Notes: generated by a model not told the origin, from the letters alone. Shown: positions 27,253 through 41,402, counted from the first letter of the stretch. The stretch is 64,000 nucleotides of DNA from Salpingoeca rosetta (GCA_033442325.1 JAWQFM010000021.1:763189-827188), one strand, 5' to 3'. Made by a program: numbers and translations.

Positions 27253-27811
27253 GAGCGGGTGTAACAGTAGCTTGCCTTGTGAATGTACCTTTTCGCTTGT
27301 GCTATGACGTTGTGGACGTATTTTGAGACCCCTGAGCGTGCATCCGTGACGTGAGCGTGTCGACTTGGATTGTTCCTACCACTTGGACTTGTCATCTCGA
27401 CTTGATCTCGCACATTTGCTTCTGGTGTCATATAGCTGATATGGTTGCTGACATGTTCCTGATGCTCGTTTTCAGCGCATCCTCTTTGTGTATTCTGCCC
27501 CTTCTTCCATCGCGAACAATCAATCCATCAATCAATCGTGTTCAATACAACAGCCAACCAACTACTTGAGGAGTGTCTTGAGGAGTGTTCATGCTCAATG
27601 ACAACATACACACACATACACACACGTTCACACGTTCACACACACATACACGCATACACACACACATACACACACGTACACATACGCACACGCACACACA
27701 CACACACACGTACACACATACACACACACACATACACACATACACACACATACACACACGCTGCATCCACATACACGCACACACACACACACACTCTCTC
27801 TCTCAATCTCA

Positions 27812-28774
27812 CTATTGCTGTTTCATTTTGTTGTTGCTCTTCTTCTTCTGGTCCTGGGTGTGCTTCGCTGTTTGGCGCCGGCCCATCCCTTTGGTGGCAA
27901 TCATGTTGAGGATCTTGAAGAACCAGAAGATGTTGAGGAGGGCGAGGATGGCAGCAAAGAAGTAGATGTGCACAAACTGCGCCAGTGCGGACCTGCCGTG
28001 CTCCCCGCTGAGCACGGCGTCCATGCGATGCGCCTTCCACGACTGCACCAGCTTCAGCAGGAGAAAGAGGAACGTGCCGATGCGCATGAGAAGCCACGCC
28101 GGCACAATTGCCCCCAGGTTCAGCGTGTACAGCACTCCGGAGAGCGTCAACTGCGGCCGCACGCCACACTTGCGCATGAGAAACTCGCAGTGCAGGAAGG
28201 GCGCCGTCAGCTCCGTCGCCAGGAACACGGCCGCCGGGAAGAAGGGCGACGGGATGTGCGTGTTGTACGAGTCCATGATGAACGCGTACTCCGTCAGCAG
28301 CGTCAGCAAATGGTGCACCAGCATGAGGCCTTCGCCCAAGTACAGGTTCACCAGCCCATCCACAATCATGTAGCCGCACGACACCGCAACCGCACACTTG
28401 AGGTGCTCCGACTCGGGCCAGGGCGCAAGCTCGTCCTGGTGGTTCACCGCAACGTCCAAGATGGCCTCCAGCGCGGGCACGCCCACCAACACGGCGTGCA
28501 GGGGCCCAACCATGCGAATCGTCATGCGCACGCGCTCCTGGAATGACATCCCGGCCAGCGAGGTGGTGGTGTCCTGCTTTCCACCGTCCTTCTTCGGCTT
28601 CTTCGGTTTCTTCGTCTTCCTCGGGCTCGTGGGAATCAGAACATACAGCGCGGCCAATGCAAGCGCAAACATGGCAGCAAACGCAACTGCGCTCAAGCCA
28701 ATCACGTCGTAGCCATGCCCAAAGGTAAACCGGTGCAGTGCCACCGCAGGCAGCCCTTCCCCCTCCCACAGCAT
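27812..28774 (-). CDS. TLC (TRAM/LAG1/CLN8) domain membrane protein, single exon
   Basis: Multiple TM helices with GYMIVD, LVHHLLT, ATELTAPFLH, LLMRI and LNIFWFFKI motifs, plus a Lys-rich C-terminus. Confidence 0.85.
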   Translation of the reverse strand: MLWEGEGLPAVALHRFTFGHGYDVIGLSAVAFAAMFALALAALYVLIPTSPRKTKKPKKPKKDGGKQDTTTSLAGMSFQERVRMTIRMVGPLHAVLVGVPALEAILDVAVNHQDELAPWPESEHLKCAVAVSCGYMIVDGLVNLYLGEGLMLVHHLLTLLTEYAFIMDSYNTHIPSPFFPAAVFLATELTAPFLHCEFLMRKCGVRPQLTLSGVLYTLNLGAIVPAWLLMRIGTFLFLLLKLVQSWKAHRMDAVLSGEHGRSALAQFVHIYFFAAILALLNIFWFFKILNMIATKGMGRRQTAKHTQDQKKKSNNKMKQQ

Positions 28775-28936
28775 CTCTCAAATGTGCGCTTGTGTGCTCG
28801 GCCTGTGTTTCGCGCTCCTGTTGTGTAGTTGTCCACTGTGTTGGCATATAAATGGGATGCGCTGATATTGACCTATTCATAAGCCACCACCGGCACGAGA
28901 AGCGAACAGCAACAAGCAAGGAACAGTGAGTGGATA

Positions 28937-29630
28937 ATGGCGGGTGGTCGTGGCCGTGGTCGTGGCCGTGGCCGTGGCCGTGGTCGTGGTCGTGGCCGTG
29001 GTCGTGGCCGTGGCCGTGGTCGTGGTCGTGGCCGTGGCAGGGCCGAACGCGGTGGAGCGAAGGCGGTGGCGGCGGTGGTGGGGGATGCCCATGGTGAGGA
29101 GGCCGCGTTTGGCTGGGAGGTGGGTCACTGCGCAGCCACGCGGGTGCCACCCAAAACCCCAGAAGGCGTGAGCGCGGATACTTTGGTTGCTTCCGACGGG
29201 CTCGATCTCTACATCGTGCGCATTGCCAGCATCACCAGCGTCCCCGACAAGCAAGGCACCACATCACGGCGGGAGGGCCAACGTGCAGTCACGGAGAGGG
29301 ACAACAAGGGCGAGGAGGAGAAACAGATGAGCAGCAGTGAGGAGGAGAAGCAGACAACCCTCAAGGAGACGCCTCAGTCCAGTGACGCCCATGCTGCAAC
29401 ACGCGGCAAAGACAGCGGAGAAGAAGGAGGAGACCAGGAAGGCCCGTCAGCTGCACGCCCATCCCAGAAATCATCAGCAGTCGCCAGAATAAAGGCCAGA
29501 GAAGCCGGCCGCGGCCACAGCAGCAAGGACGACGATCCGGAAACGACAGGACCCGCCACAGAACAGCATGAGGCACGCAGTGCTTCCAGCAAAGACGCAC
29601 AGGAACAGCAGGAACATCAAAGCGACGCCA

Positions 29631-29661
<31 letters not shown>

Positions 29662-30234
29662 TGATGATGTTCATGATGGCGATGAGAAAGTGCAGCCCAA
29701 GGATGTGGAAGTGGAGGTCCAGTACTTTGTGCGACCATCACAGCTTCCGGTGCCAGTGGCCAAAGATCGCAAGTGGTTTGCGCAGGAGATGGTCTTCGCT
29801 CCTGATCTCATTGCGCGCCTGACACTGGCGGACCTCGAAAAACACCAGTGCGCGGTGCTCTCTGATGAGGCATACAGCAGCGACCTTGCTGAACCAGCCG
29901 TCGCCAGCAAGAACACGTTCCGCTGCTCGCTGGCCTACAGCGTGCGCTCTGGCTCCCTCGACACATACACACCGGACCACGCGCACCTGCACCTGCAGCC
30001 GCGCAAGAACAAGAAGGCAACATCCAAGCAGACTGGCCGCAAAGGCGCCAACACAACAACGACAGCAGCAGAAGAGGCAGACACATTGTCAGTGGCAGCA
30101 GGGACAGGCGACACCAGCGGCGACGAAGTAAAGCGGTCGTGGACGGCAGATGATGTGCTGTATCTGATGCAGGCGTCACGTGACCTGCAGCCGGGCCCGC
30201 CCATGATCCTCGCAGGCCGCCCGGTGCGTTCTCT

Positions 30235-30316
<82 letters not shown>

Positions 30317-30616
30317 TTGTGTGTGAGTGTGTGTGTGTGTGTGTGTGATTGTGTGTGGTTGTGTGTGTGTGGGTGGTTGTGTGGGTGGGGATCAAGGCAT
30401 CTATACTTGTCTGCCTCACACCATGTGTCTCGTCCCTCGTTCAGGTTCGCTTCCTCTCATCAACAAACTGCGAGATGCTCGGCGCAACATCCAACACTAG
30501 CAAGAGGTGCGTATGTGTGTGTGCGTATGTTTGTGAACACACGTGTGCGTGTGTGCGTGTGTGCATGCGTGCGCGCCAGTGTTGCTGTGCAAGTCGTCAC
30601 GTGCTCATCGCACGCT

Positions 30617-30675
<59 letters not shown>

Positions 30676-33314
30676 ATCTGTGGGCTTGTCGCGATCACGT
30701 CTGCCACGACTGCACACAGCGGCACGGCGGGTGCTCCCAGAGACGTGTTTGGGCTCTTGCACTCGCTCCAGACCGCTGCGCACACGCACACACACGCCGA
30801 CCACGCCGACGACGAACGCACGCCAGAGGCCGCATCACAGCTGTACGAACACATGCGGTGCATGATCCGTGACATCTTGAATGTACACGCGTGTGCGCGC
30901 AAGTGTCAGTACGTGAATGTGCGTGTGTGTGTGTGTATCCACGTATGCAGGATGTGCACACTCATACTTCCAATTCGCGCGTATGTTTATGTGTATATGT
31001 ACTCAGCCGCCATCTTGCCGCCCGCCGCGCTGCGCATGTCTCAGGCGATCATGCAGATGATGATGGTGAGCTAGGACATGGGCACCTGCTGTGCTCTGCG
31101 TGTGTGTGTGTGAGTGTGTGTGCTTGCGTGTGTGTGTGCGTGTGTGCGCGCGTGTGCGCGTGTACGTGTGTGTGTGTACGTGTGTGTGTGTTTACATTTG
31201 CTTGTGAACTGTGCAGATGAATGTGTTCTCATGCATGGCTCCGATCATCCTCGTGTGTCCCGTCAGAGTCACCAGATTCGAAGCGGTCGAAGCCAGCCGC
31301 GGGCGGCGCGTCGCTCGTACAGAAGCTCCTCCAGGGCCAGATCTCACCATCACCAGCATCGCCACCAACACCATCATCACCAGCACCAGCAACATCGGCG
31401 TCGGAAGAAGAGCAGGAAGAGACGAAGAAGGAGAAGGAGAAGGAGGAGAAGAAGAAGGGGACGGGCACCAAGACGATGCAGTCCACGACGCCCACACCCT
31501 CCAAGCGAGGCCGAGGTATTGTGTGTGTGTGTGTGTGTGCGTGTGTGTGTGCGTGTGTGTGTTTGTGTGTGCGTGTGTGTGCGTGTGTGTTTGTGTGTGC
31601 GACTTGTCTTCTTCACTGTTGTTCACCGTTTCCACTACCGGCCACGGCACCAACGAAACCATCCACCCCATCATGACCACTGTCGTCATCATTACAGGCC
31701 GTCCGCGCAAATACGCGCGCGACGAACTCGGCCGCCCGGACAAATCACGTCCTCTTGGTGCGGAGTGACGTGGTGCCAGCAGCGTAGATGTGTGTGCGTG
31801 TGTGCGTGTGCGTTTGTGTGTGTGTGTTTGTTGTGACGAAACACCGATGCAAGCGTGCAATGAACACTGTCACGCTCGCACCCATACTCACGGACTCATT
31901 CACATTTACATGTGCATGCACATCTGCGCAACTATCAATCCGCTGCCCGCAGATTCCACACTATCGTCATCAGCGAAGCGATCACCACCATCAACGGCAC
32001 CACCAACAGCCACTGCCGCCGCTGCGACGAAGAAAGCAAAAAGGGGTCCTGGTCGGCCTCGTAAGAACCAAACAGCATCAACAGCTACAGCAACAACATC
32101 AGCAGCATCATCGTCGATGGCCATTGAGAGCACTGCGCTGCCGGCCTCAAACGTCTTCAAGCACCCGTTCTCAGGCGGCCTTGACGTGAGATAGGGTTGT
32201 GTGCGTGCGTGCGTGCGTGCGTGCGTGTGTGTGTGAAAGGTGAAATCAACGCGCTCATTTCACACGCCATTTGCATTTCGATCCACACTTCCGTCATCAC
32301 CACCACTGACACTGCCACCATGACTGACATCCTTGCCTGCGTGTGCTGCGTATGGGGCAGGTGGATGAGTACTTTGCTGAGCACCACTCGAGCGCAACCA
32401 AGACGTCCAAGAACACGCTTGCCCGTGTTGCCTTGTCCAAGATGACGGAGGGGGACGTGTGGTCGCACATCAAGTCGTACAAGGACGCGTTTGAAACGGA
32501 CAGGGAAGCCGTCGCCAGCAAGTAAGAAAATTGCATCACTCCTGTAGATGGGTTTGTGGACCATCACTGGGGCTTTTCCTTTATTGTGTGTCTGTGTGGT
32601 TTGTTGTTTCTTCGCTCATGGCGCTGTACTCTGTCTTGTCCCACCCATTTCTTCCTTCCTTCCTTCCTTCCTTCCTTCCTTTCTTCTTCCGTTTGTGCAT
32701 GTTTGCTTGCGGTTCAATTGGCGGTATGTGAACATTGATGCTCCCTGTATTCGCCTTCTTGTTTTCATCTCGCCCGTGTACATGTGTGTCTGTGCATCCC
32801 TTTTGTGATGCTTGTGTGTTGACATGTGTGTGTGTGTGTCAACCCTCCCGATAAACAGACTTCGGCAACAGTTCCCCACGTGGCAACAGCACATGCGCGC
32901 GGGCTTCAACATCCTCCTCCACGGCCTCGGATCAAAGAAGGTGTGGACACGACAACCATGCTCGTGGTGCTGCAAGTGGCATTTGCTCGGGTGATGGAGA
33001 CGTGCCTGTGGTGGGCGGGAACGCGCCCCGGTTGATTGGATTGTACACACTTGTCAGCAATTTAGCGCCCCTCACGCATGCCACAACCCTCGCTGTTCAC
33101 ACGCTGCCAGGCGATTGTGTGTGAATTTGCTGAGAGATACCTAAGCAGCGAGCACGTTATCACCGTCAACGGATACTTTCCATCGCTCACCATCAAGCAG
33201 GTGCGCTCCTGGTGCTCGTCTTCGTGTTGATGTGTTGCGTTACGCGTTTGGTGTCTCGCGCGATCTGAAAGAAAATAGCGGCGCATCGTGCGGTGTGCCG
33301 TAACAACACAACGT

Positions 33315-33355
<41 letters not shown>

Positions 33356-34835
33356 CGTCTTTGTGGGCGCTGCAGGTGCTGAACACGATCACGTCTGCGG
33401 TGCTGAGCGTGACTGCGGCGCCACGCGATGCTATTGACCACGCAAAAGCCATCAAGCTCTACTACGAAGGTAAACGCCGTGGTGGTGTTAGTGCTGGTGG
33501 TGATGACGGCACCTGTGTGCAGTCGCGGTGGTGGCCGTCGTCGTCGTGGCGGTGATATCTGTAGCTCATTGAAAGGGAGAGGAGGTTGCATCACACCATT
33601 TCGCGATTGTGCTGGGTTGAAGACCACTCACACCTCATCTCCTGCGTTTCATCCACGCGTTCTTCAGAAACACCCGGCCTGCCCGATCTGTATCTTCTCA
33701 TCCACAACATTGACGGGCCCAAGCTCAGAGCAACAGCAGCGCAGGTAAACTCAAGCTGAGAACGTGGCTTGGGTGTGTTCGTGTGTGAGAGAGTGAGTGT
33801 GTGTGACAGTGAGTGAGTGAGTGAGTGAGTGCGTGAGTGAGTGAGTGTGTGTGTGTCCATGTTTACGTGCGGTGTACATGCAGAACACAGTTGCTCCTTG
33901 CGTAATCCCAATGCGTCACTCAATCAGTGTGTCACACATGCACATGGTGCAGGATGCATTGAGTGTCCTTGCTTCGACGAAGCAAATCCACATCATCGCC
34001 ACCATTGACCACGTCAACAGCCCACTCTGTCAGTTTGCACAAGTCAGCTCTTGGTGTGCTTGTTGCGCTTGAGTGCTGAGGAGAGGAACTGCGTGCATGC
34101 AAGCACAAGCACACGTTCATGTACACACACGCTTCACAAACCTACACACACACACCCATTTGTCATTACACGGTGCACAGTGTGGGACTACGGGACGCTT
34201 GGGCGGTTCAACTTTGTGTGGATGGAGGCTGCAACCCACTCGCCGTATTCGCGTGAGACATCGTATGCTGAAACGCTCGTACTCAAGACATCACAGATCA
34301 AAGTGGAAGGTGGGGCAGTCATTTCACTTGTCAGATGCACTGTTGTGTGTATGTGTGTGTATGTGTGTATGTGTGTATGTGTGTGCGTGTGTGCGTGTTT
34401 ATGTGTATGTGTGTATGTGTGTGTGTGTGTTTGTGTATGTGTGTGTATGTGCGTGTACACACATATACTCGCGTTCATGCAATCCCGCCAGCAACCGCTC
34501 ACACGTAATTCACCACCACACGACCCCCCCCCCCACCACCCAATCCACCACCACCACCCAATCCACCAACACCACCACCATCAACACCACCAACAACATC
34601 AACAACACCAACATCAACAGCGGTGCAGCACGTCATGTCGGCCCTGCCGTCCAACGCGCGAAAGGCGTACTGGATCCTCCTCGATTACATGACCAACAAC
34701 CCGGACGTCAAAGGTGAGGTGGCGACGATGGTGTGCGTGTGTGTATTTTGGGGGAGGGGGATGTTTGCAGGCTGGTGTTCAGCTCTGCCAGCGTGCACTG
34801 CCATACGCAATTGTTCTCTCACACACTCACACTCT

Positions 34836-34921
<86 letters not shown>

Positions 34922-35388
34922 CACACAACAAGGCGTGCCGTTTGAGGAGTACCTGTCCATGTGTACGGAGAATTTCGCCGCCCGAAACGAATTGCGGTTG
35001 CGGTGAGTGAACATGTGCGTGCGTGCATGCTTGAAGGGTTGTGTCAGCGCTGATGCATCTGTGCACTGCATGCGACGCTGTACATTCCCACATGTGCGGT
35101 GTTGTGTCCCACCAATCTCACACGACCTGTCATGCTTGCCAATCCGCTGCCAGGGCGTTTCTGCGCGAGTTTAAGGATCACAACCTCGTGGCCCTCACCA
35201 CGGTATGCAAGCAGCTGCATACGTATTGGCGAGTGGCTTAGTGAGAAATGTGGTGGGAGGGGCAAGTCTCACTCGCTCACTCACTCGCACACACATTCAC
35301 AGGTTGATGGGAATGAGTTTTGCAAGATTCCTGCGGATGCAGACACAATCAAGGAGGTTATTGCAACCATGGAAGAGCACTTCCCAGG
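28937..35388 (+). CDS. ORC2: Origin recognition complex subunit 2 with a long N-terminal extension (RG repeat, BAH-like domain, AT-hooks); terminal exon not located
   Basis: The spliced core reads VDEYFAEH...TSKNTL, FPTWQQHMRAGFNILLHGLGSKK, VNGYFPSLTIKQ, LYLLIHNIDG, IHIIATIDHVNSPLLWD...FNFVWMEAATHSPYSRETSY and FLREFKDHNLV. Upstream exons link in phase back to the ATG at 28937, except one acceptor near 30675 that lacks AG. Confidence 0.85.
28943..29040 (+). repeat. Coding (GGYCGT)n hexamer repeat encoding about 15 RG dipeptides
   Basis: ggtcgt/ggccgt tandem array giving MAGGRGRGRG... Confidence 0.9.
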
Positions 35389-35398
35389 TACGCGCGCG

Positions 35399-35466
<68 letters not shown>

Positions 35467-35467
35467 T

Positions 35468-36059
35468 GAGACGTAGTACGTACGTGGGCCAAGTCGGTGA
35501 TGCTCCCAATAGACGGTAAACAATTCCGCTGAGTTTCCACAATACCGACGAGTACGCGAGCGGTGGTTTTATTTTAACACTATGAACCGCATAGTGAGCT
35601 CCGAACAAGACGAAAAACCGTCCTAACAGGATTGTTATTGTAATACTAGCGCGTAGACTGTTGGCCCCCAAAAAAACTAAAGCTGGCGTAATTGCCATGC
35701 TGCATCAACCACTGACAGTTGAGGGATGTCTGACGTGTTTAACTGCCGTACGAAATATCTACCAGATATTATTCGCGTTGAAAAAATATCTTGCAACTAA
35801 GATCCCGACCGCGGCGGCTCGGAATAAAAAAGCTAGCGGGAATGGAAACTCTGGTCGTGGAGCCGCTTTGCTGACCAGCGCTCTCCCTATGACTCTACGT
35901 TTTCTAGAGAGATTTAAATCTCCCATAAATATGTAGTTGGTAGGTCGAGCCCTGGTCTACGAAATCGGAAATAGCAATAGACTTTGTCCTGTTTTGAGAA
36001 GCTTTATTTTCTACTTTGAACTTAGGGGAGGTTCGTCCGAAATACGTAAAACTTCCCTT

Positions 36060-36062
<3 letters not shown>
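35468..36062. other. Compositionally foreign ~590-bp island; candidate structured ncRNA or mobile-element remnant
   Basis: About 45% GC and TA-rich, with no microsatellites inside. It is flanked by (TG)n and (CA)n and has many complementary segments (see findings). Confidence 0.5.
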
Positions 36063-36133
<71 letters not shown>

Positions 36134-36195
36134 CACATCACACGCACACACACACACACAATCACATCACACACACACACACACACACAACACAG

Positions 36196-37006
36196 CTACT
36201 GGAACCGCTTAATGAGGGACTCGAGCTTTCGGATGTTGATGCTGCCGCGCTTTGTGGGCGAAGTGCTGGCACTCGTCGTTGGATTTGCGGTCTTGCCTGA
36301 CCCTGACTCTGCTGCTGCTGTCGCTGATGACGATGATGCGGATGAAGCATCTTTGTCCTTCTTGTTCCTGTCGCCACCACCCCTACGCCCAAACGCAAGC
36401 CCAAGCGCAGCAACACCGCCAACACCGCTGCTGCCGTGTGCTGCCTGCTCCTGCTTGAACGCGGCCTCGCCAACTTGCTCGCGATACGCAGCCAGCAGCG
36501 GCTGCTGCTCCGCTTTCCGCAGCCCTGATGATGATGATGGGAGGGAGAAGGGAGTGTGGGAGGGAGAAGGCAGGGGGGGGGCGGTTGACGAGGATGAGTG
36601 TGCGACGGGACGTGCACATATGTGTGCATGCACATGTGTGTGTGTGTGTGTGTGCGTGTGTGTGCATAATTGTTTGCAAAAGTGGCCCCCACCTTTCATG
36701 TCGAGGATCTTTGCAAACGGCACGAGCGGCTCGTCGTCGCCAATGAGCTGTTCATCGAGAGCACATGAACAGCGATGGTGTCACAATGCGTGCAGGAGTG
36801 CAAAGGAAGGCGTGAGCATAACGGCAGATTGTGAACCATTGTTGGCTAAAGGACAGCGCACACGTCACAGCACCACACAACAACAGGAGGCCGCAAACAA
36901 TGGCACGTCAAAATGGGAGACCTTTGTGTAGTCCTGGACGAAGATGCCTGGCGGATCGTGCGGGGCCATCAACAGCTGTTCACACACACACACACATACA
37001 AACACA

Positions 37007-37057
<51 letters not shown>

Positions 37058-37453
37058 GCACAAGCAAATTATGTTACGAGTCACGAATACAGGGAAGTTG
37101 TCATTGCTTCATACAGGAAAACGCACCACGAACAAGAGCCAACCAAACACAATCCATGCTTCCCACAACAAAGGAATGTCACCTCTTGCTTGCATGCACG
37201 ATCGATCACCGACATGCACGACCACTTGCTTGCATGCAAACCATACTCGTGTGCCAATTCAGACCTTGAGCAGGGTCTCTGCCTGTCCGAGGCCACGGTT
37301 GACGATGCGCGTGTATGCGGCGGGCGGTTTCCGGGCAGCGGCCGCATCGACAGACGGCAGCTGCGTCAGCACGTGCTTCAGCTGAAGACCAGGGAAGGAG
37401 TGGGGGGGGTGTTAATGACACATGGTGAGGGTTGAGAATTACACTGGTAAGCT

Positions 37454-37526
<73 letters not shown>

Positions 37527-38423
37527 CCAGATACATGAATCAACACACAAACAAACACAAACGCACAAACACACACACACACACACACCGACTGTGTGTC
37601 GAGCAAGAGTTGCTCTGCTCCCACGGTTCCAACCGTCTTGCACTTCTTGAGACTGCTGAGGATCTAAAACACAAAAGTCGGCATATTGTAAGGGCAACGC
37701 GTTGATCTTGAATACATCACACACATACACATGCACACCAGGGCACATGCACGACCACGCTACTATTCACAGCATTTGGACCAGTTCCGCACGGATACGG
37801 CCTGATGCACTCACTTTTGGCACGAAAGCGTTTGCAAACTTGAGGCAAAAGTTTGTAAAGTACTTGCGGTTGTTGCCAAAATACCGCCTGACGCAATCGC
37901 ACACACGTGCAGGCCAGAGGTGAGAAACAAGGTTGGCTTGTTGCCCAATACGCACACACGGATATGCACACACATGCACACGTATGCATACACAAGCACA
38001 CATGTGCATACACATGTACACGTATGCACACGTGGGGTCCTCACCTGATACGAGGAACCATCTGGACGATGTGTTTGCTGATGGCAGACACAAACGGCGA
38101 GGTGTCGCCGACCTGAATTTAAGTAACAAGTGCATGCAGGCAATCAATCCATCTCGTGTAAAGGTATCAGAGATGGGCGTGCGTGCGTGCGTGCGTGCGT
38201 GTGTTTGTGTGTTTGTGTGTTTGTGTGTGTGTATGTGTGTGTGCTGGAGACACAGCAGTTGAGAGCCACCGCGTGTTGTGCGCGTTCGCACCTCTTCAAT
38301 CTGGTCCCACTTGGTCTTGTAGATGGCGGTGAGAGACGGCTGCGTCACCGTCTCCAGCGCGCGCACCAGCACCTGGTGGAAATGAAACAGGGCAGGGGAG
38401 GGCGGGGAAGAGAGGTTTAGCAG

Positions 38424-38499
<76 letters not shown>

Positions 38500-39131
38500 C
38501 ACACACACACTCACACACACACACACTCACACACTCACACACAACACAACACAGCATAAAACAACGCACGTGTCAGCGCACCTGGATGCACGTGGTGATG
38601 ACTTCGTTGAACTTGTCCTGCTCCTCGGTGAGATTGACTTGCTCGTTGAACGGCGCATCAAGCTTCTCCTTCATCTTCGCCTCAAGTTGCCTGCGCGTGG
38701 TGGGGAAAGGGGGGTAGGGAGCGGGGGGTGAGGGATGTGCGACGATGGGTATGTACAATGGCGCGGACGGACACGGAACAAGATACATTCGTGTCAAGTG
38801 TGCACGCATGCAAACGAAGAAACATGCACGCACAAAACCACACACGTGTGTGTGGCACTAACTCTGTGGTCTGCAGGCAGTAGTCTGCTGTGTTGAGGAT
38901 GGAGCAGACGAGGTACACCTCCTCCATGGAGAGCTTGAGCTCGGCCTCCTTGACCAGCAGCGTCGCCAGGGACGTGCTCTTGGGAAGATTCGCCAGCAGG
39001 ATCCGGTCAGCGTACTCTCTGTGGATACAGTTTGGGGGAGGGGGGATTGAGATGGGATGAGGGAAGGAAAACCCATGTGTTAAAACAGGATGCCTTGGCA
39101 TCTCCAGAGGCGCCACGCTGCACACAAACAA

Positions 39132-39207
<76 letters not shown>

Positions 39208-39355
39208 GAGGTATTTCTTGAAGACGGTGTAGAGGTTGTACATGGGCTCGCCCGTTGTCAGGGAGGAGCACTGCATGATGCAATTGCGGAAGAACATAAA
39301 CAAATCGCCGCTGCTCTCCAGCTCCTGAATGCACCAAAGGGGGCGGGGCGGGTGC

Positions 39356-39446
<91 letters not shown>

Positions 39447-40161
39447 TGCGGATGGAAGTACGGTCAGGGAAACCAAGGCGGGTAAGTCATCAGCGCAGAG
39501 AGTACACAACGGAGCGGTTCGCGAGGGTCAATCGTTGCAGCGTCTGCATACACTTGTGCAAGCGAAGCACAAAGACACAAGCCCAGCACACACACACACA
39601 TACACACACACACAGACGCACGCACGCACACACGCACACACCTTTGCTGCCTCGTCTTCCTCCTGCTTCTCCGGGAACATGAGCGACGACTTGAATGCTT
39701 TTGTAAACTCGTCCAACATCGCCTCCAAGTTCTTGTCCTGCGCCTCCACATACACGTGCAGATAGTCCTCAAACACCTGCAAGCACACGGACGGGTTGTG
39801 TGTGTGCGTGTGAGTGTGTGTGCGTGTGCGTGCGTGTGCATGCGTGTGTGTGAGGCAGTGTACGTATGAGTGATTGTTTGGGTCATCGCCAGGATAACAG
39901 CAGCTTTCGATGCACACAGCAGAAACACACGTACACAGAACACACCGCAACACATGCAGCATATGCGGGCACCACAAGTCCGACCTTGCCAATGGCGTTT
40001 GTAAACGGTGATTCGGCCTTTTTGCCGTGACGTCGACCACCAGTCGCTGCTGCCTCACCCATCCTGATACAATCACACATGCCGTGCGATGGCAGGCAGC
40101 CGACGCGGTGGGAATGAGAAGCGAATAGATTGGCACTGGTGTGCGGTATGTCTGCACACAT

Positions 40162-40223
<62 letters not shown>

Positions 40224-41338
40224 ATCACACGCAGGTGATGTACTACCTGCGCTGTCGTTCGAGTTCTCTCTTCTGGCGCAGCAAAGATTCCCGCTCCTCC
40301 TCGCTCGACGCGACCTGACGATGATTACACAGAGGCGATGACGTGAGTACCCGGACGAGCTTGCACTCATACTCAGCAATGTACTTCCAGTGCACACCAG
40401 CGTCACACGCCGCCCAACAGCCACGAACACGAACACAGGCACGAACACGAACACGGACACGAACACGAACAGGAGCGATACGACACGCCACCCCCCTCTT
40501 CCCCCATCACCACCACCACCATCACCACCACCACCACCATCACCACCACCACCATCCCCCCTTCCCCCACCACCGCCACTGTGAAGTGTCTTACGTCGGC
40601 GCGCTGCTGAAGATCCATTTCCTCTCGCAGCAGTCGCTCCTCGCGTGCAGCCGCACCCTCCTCGTCTTCCTCCTCGTCTTCTTCCTCCTCAACCGAAAAC
40701 TTGGCCGTGAGCCAGTTCTCAAAGTGAGCCGTCTTCTTGATTGCGAACAGCAGCACCTGCACATCAATGTCGCTCTCACGGGCAGCCAGCACGGCCTTGA
40801 GTTGGTCGTGGGTCTCTGAGCAGAAGCGGCGCGCCAGAAGGTGCGGCATGTGCCACTAGCGTGTGGACGGCGGATGGAGGAATGGATGGTTGGGTTAGTT
40901 GGTTGGTTGATTTGGTGGGTGATGGTATGAGGGGGACAACACAAGGGTGTTGTGCAGATCTGTGCTCGCGTGTCAGCAGTCCACAGCGCACATCCAACGC
41001 ACACAATCACAACCACCACAATCTCAACCACCACCACCACCACCACCACGACCAGCATCAGCTCGGAGGGGCGCACCGATTCCGGGAAGATCTGGGCGCA
41101 GACCTCCCTGTATGCCGTCATCATGCGCTTAAACCACGCGTAGCGCCGGTCAACCTTGTCCAGCCACGCCTGGTAGTGGTGTCAGTGGTGGTGGTGGTGG
41201 TGGTGGTGGTGGTGGTGGTGGTGGTGGTGGTGGTGGTGGTGGTGGTGGTGTGAGGAGGGAGGGGTGACGGTGGGCGATGTATGTGGAACCAGATTGAATG
41301 TACAAACACGCACGCACACACGCACGCACACACGCACG

Positions 41339-41402
<64 letters not shown>

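Noticed and set aside
27636-29150. 504-aa minus ORF with an HGHDHD repeat
   Set aside because: It is the antisense reading of the ORC2 RG repeat plus an off-frame overlap of the TLC gene.
35661-35936. 91-aa ORF inside the foreign island
   Set aside because: It has a non-ATG start, non-host codon usage and no recognisable motif.
35468-36062. Solo LTR, MITE or group I/II intron identity for the island
   Set aside because: I found no convincing terminal inverted repeats, target-site duplication, group II domain V or group I P7 motifs by eye. The island is left unassigned rather than excluded.
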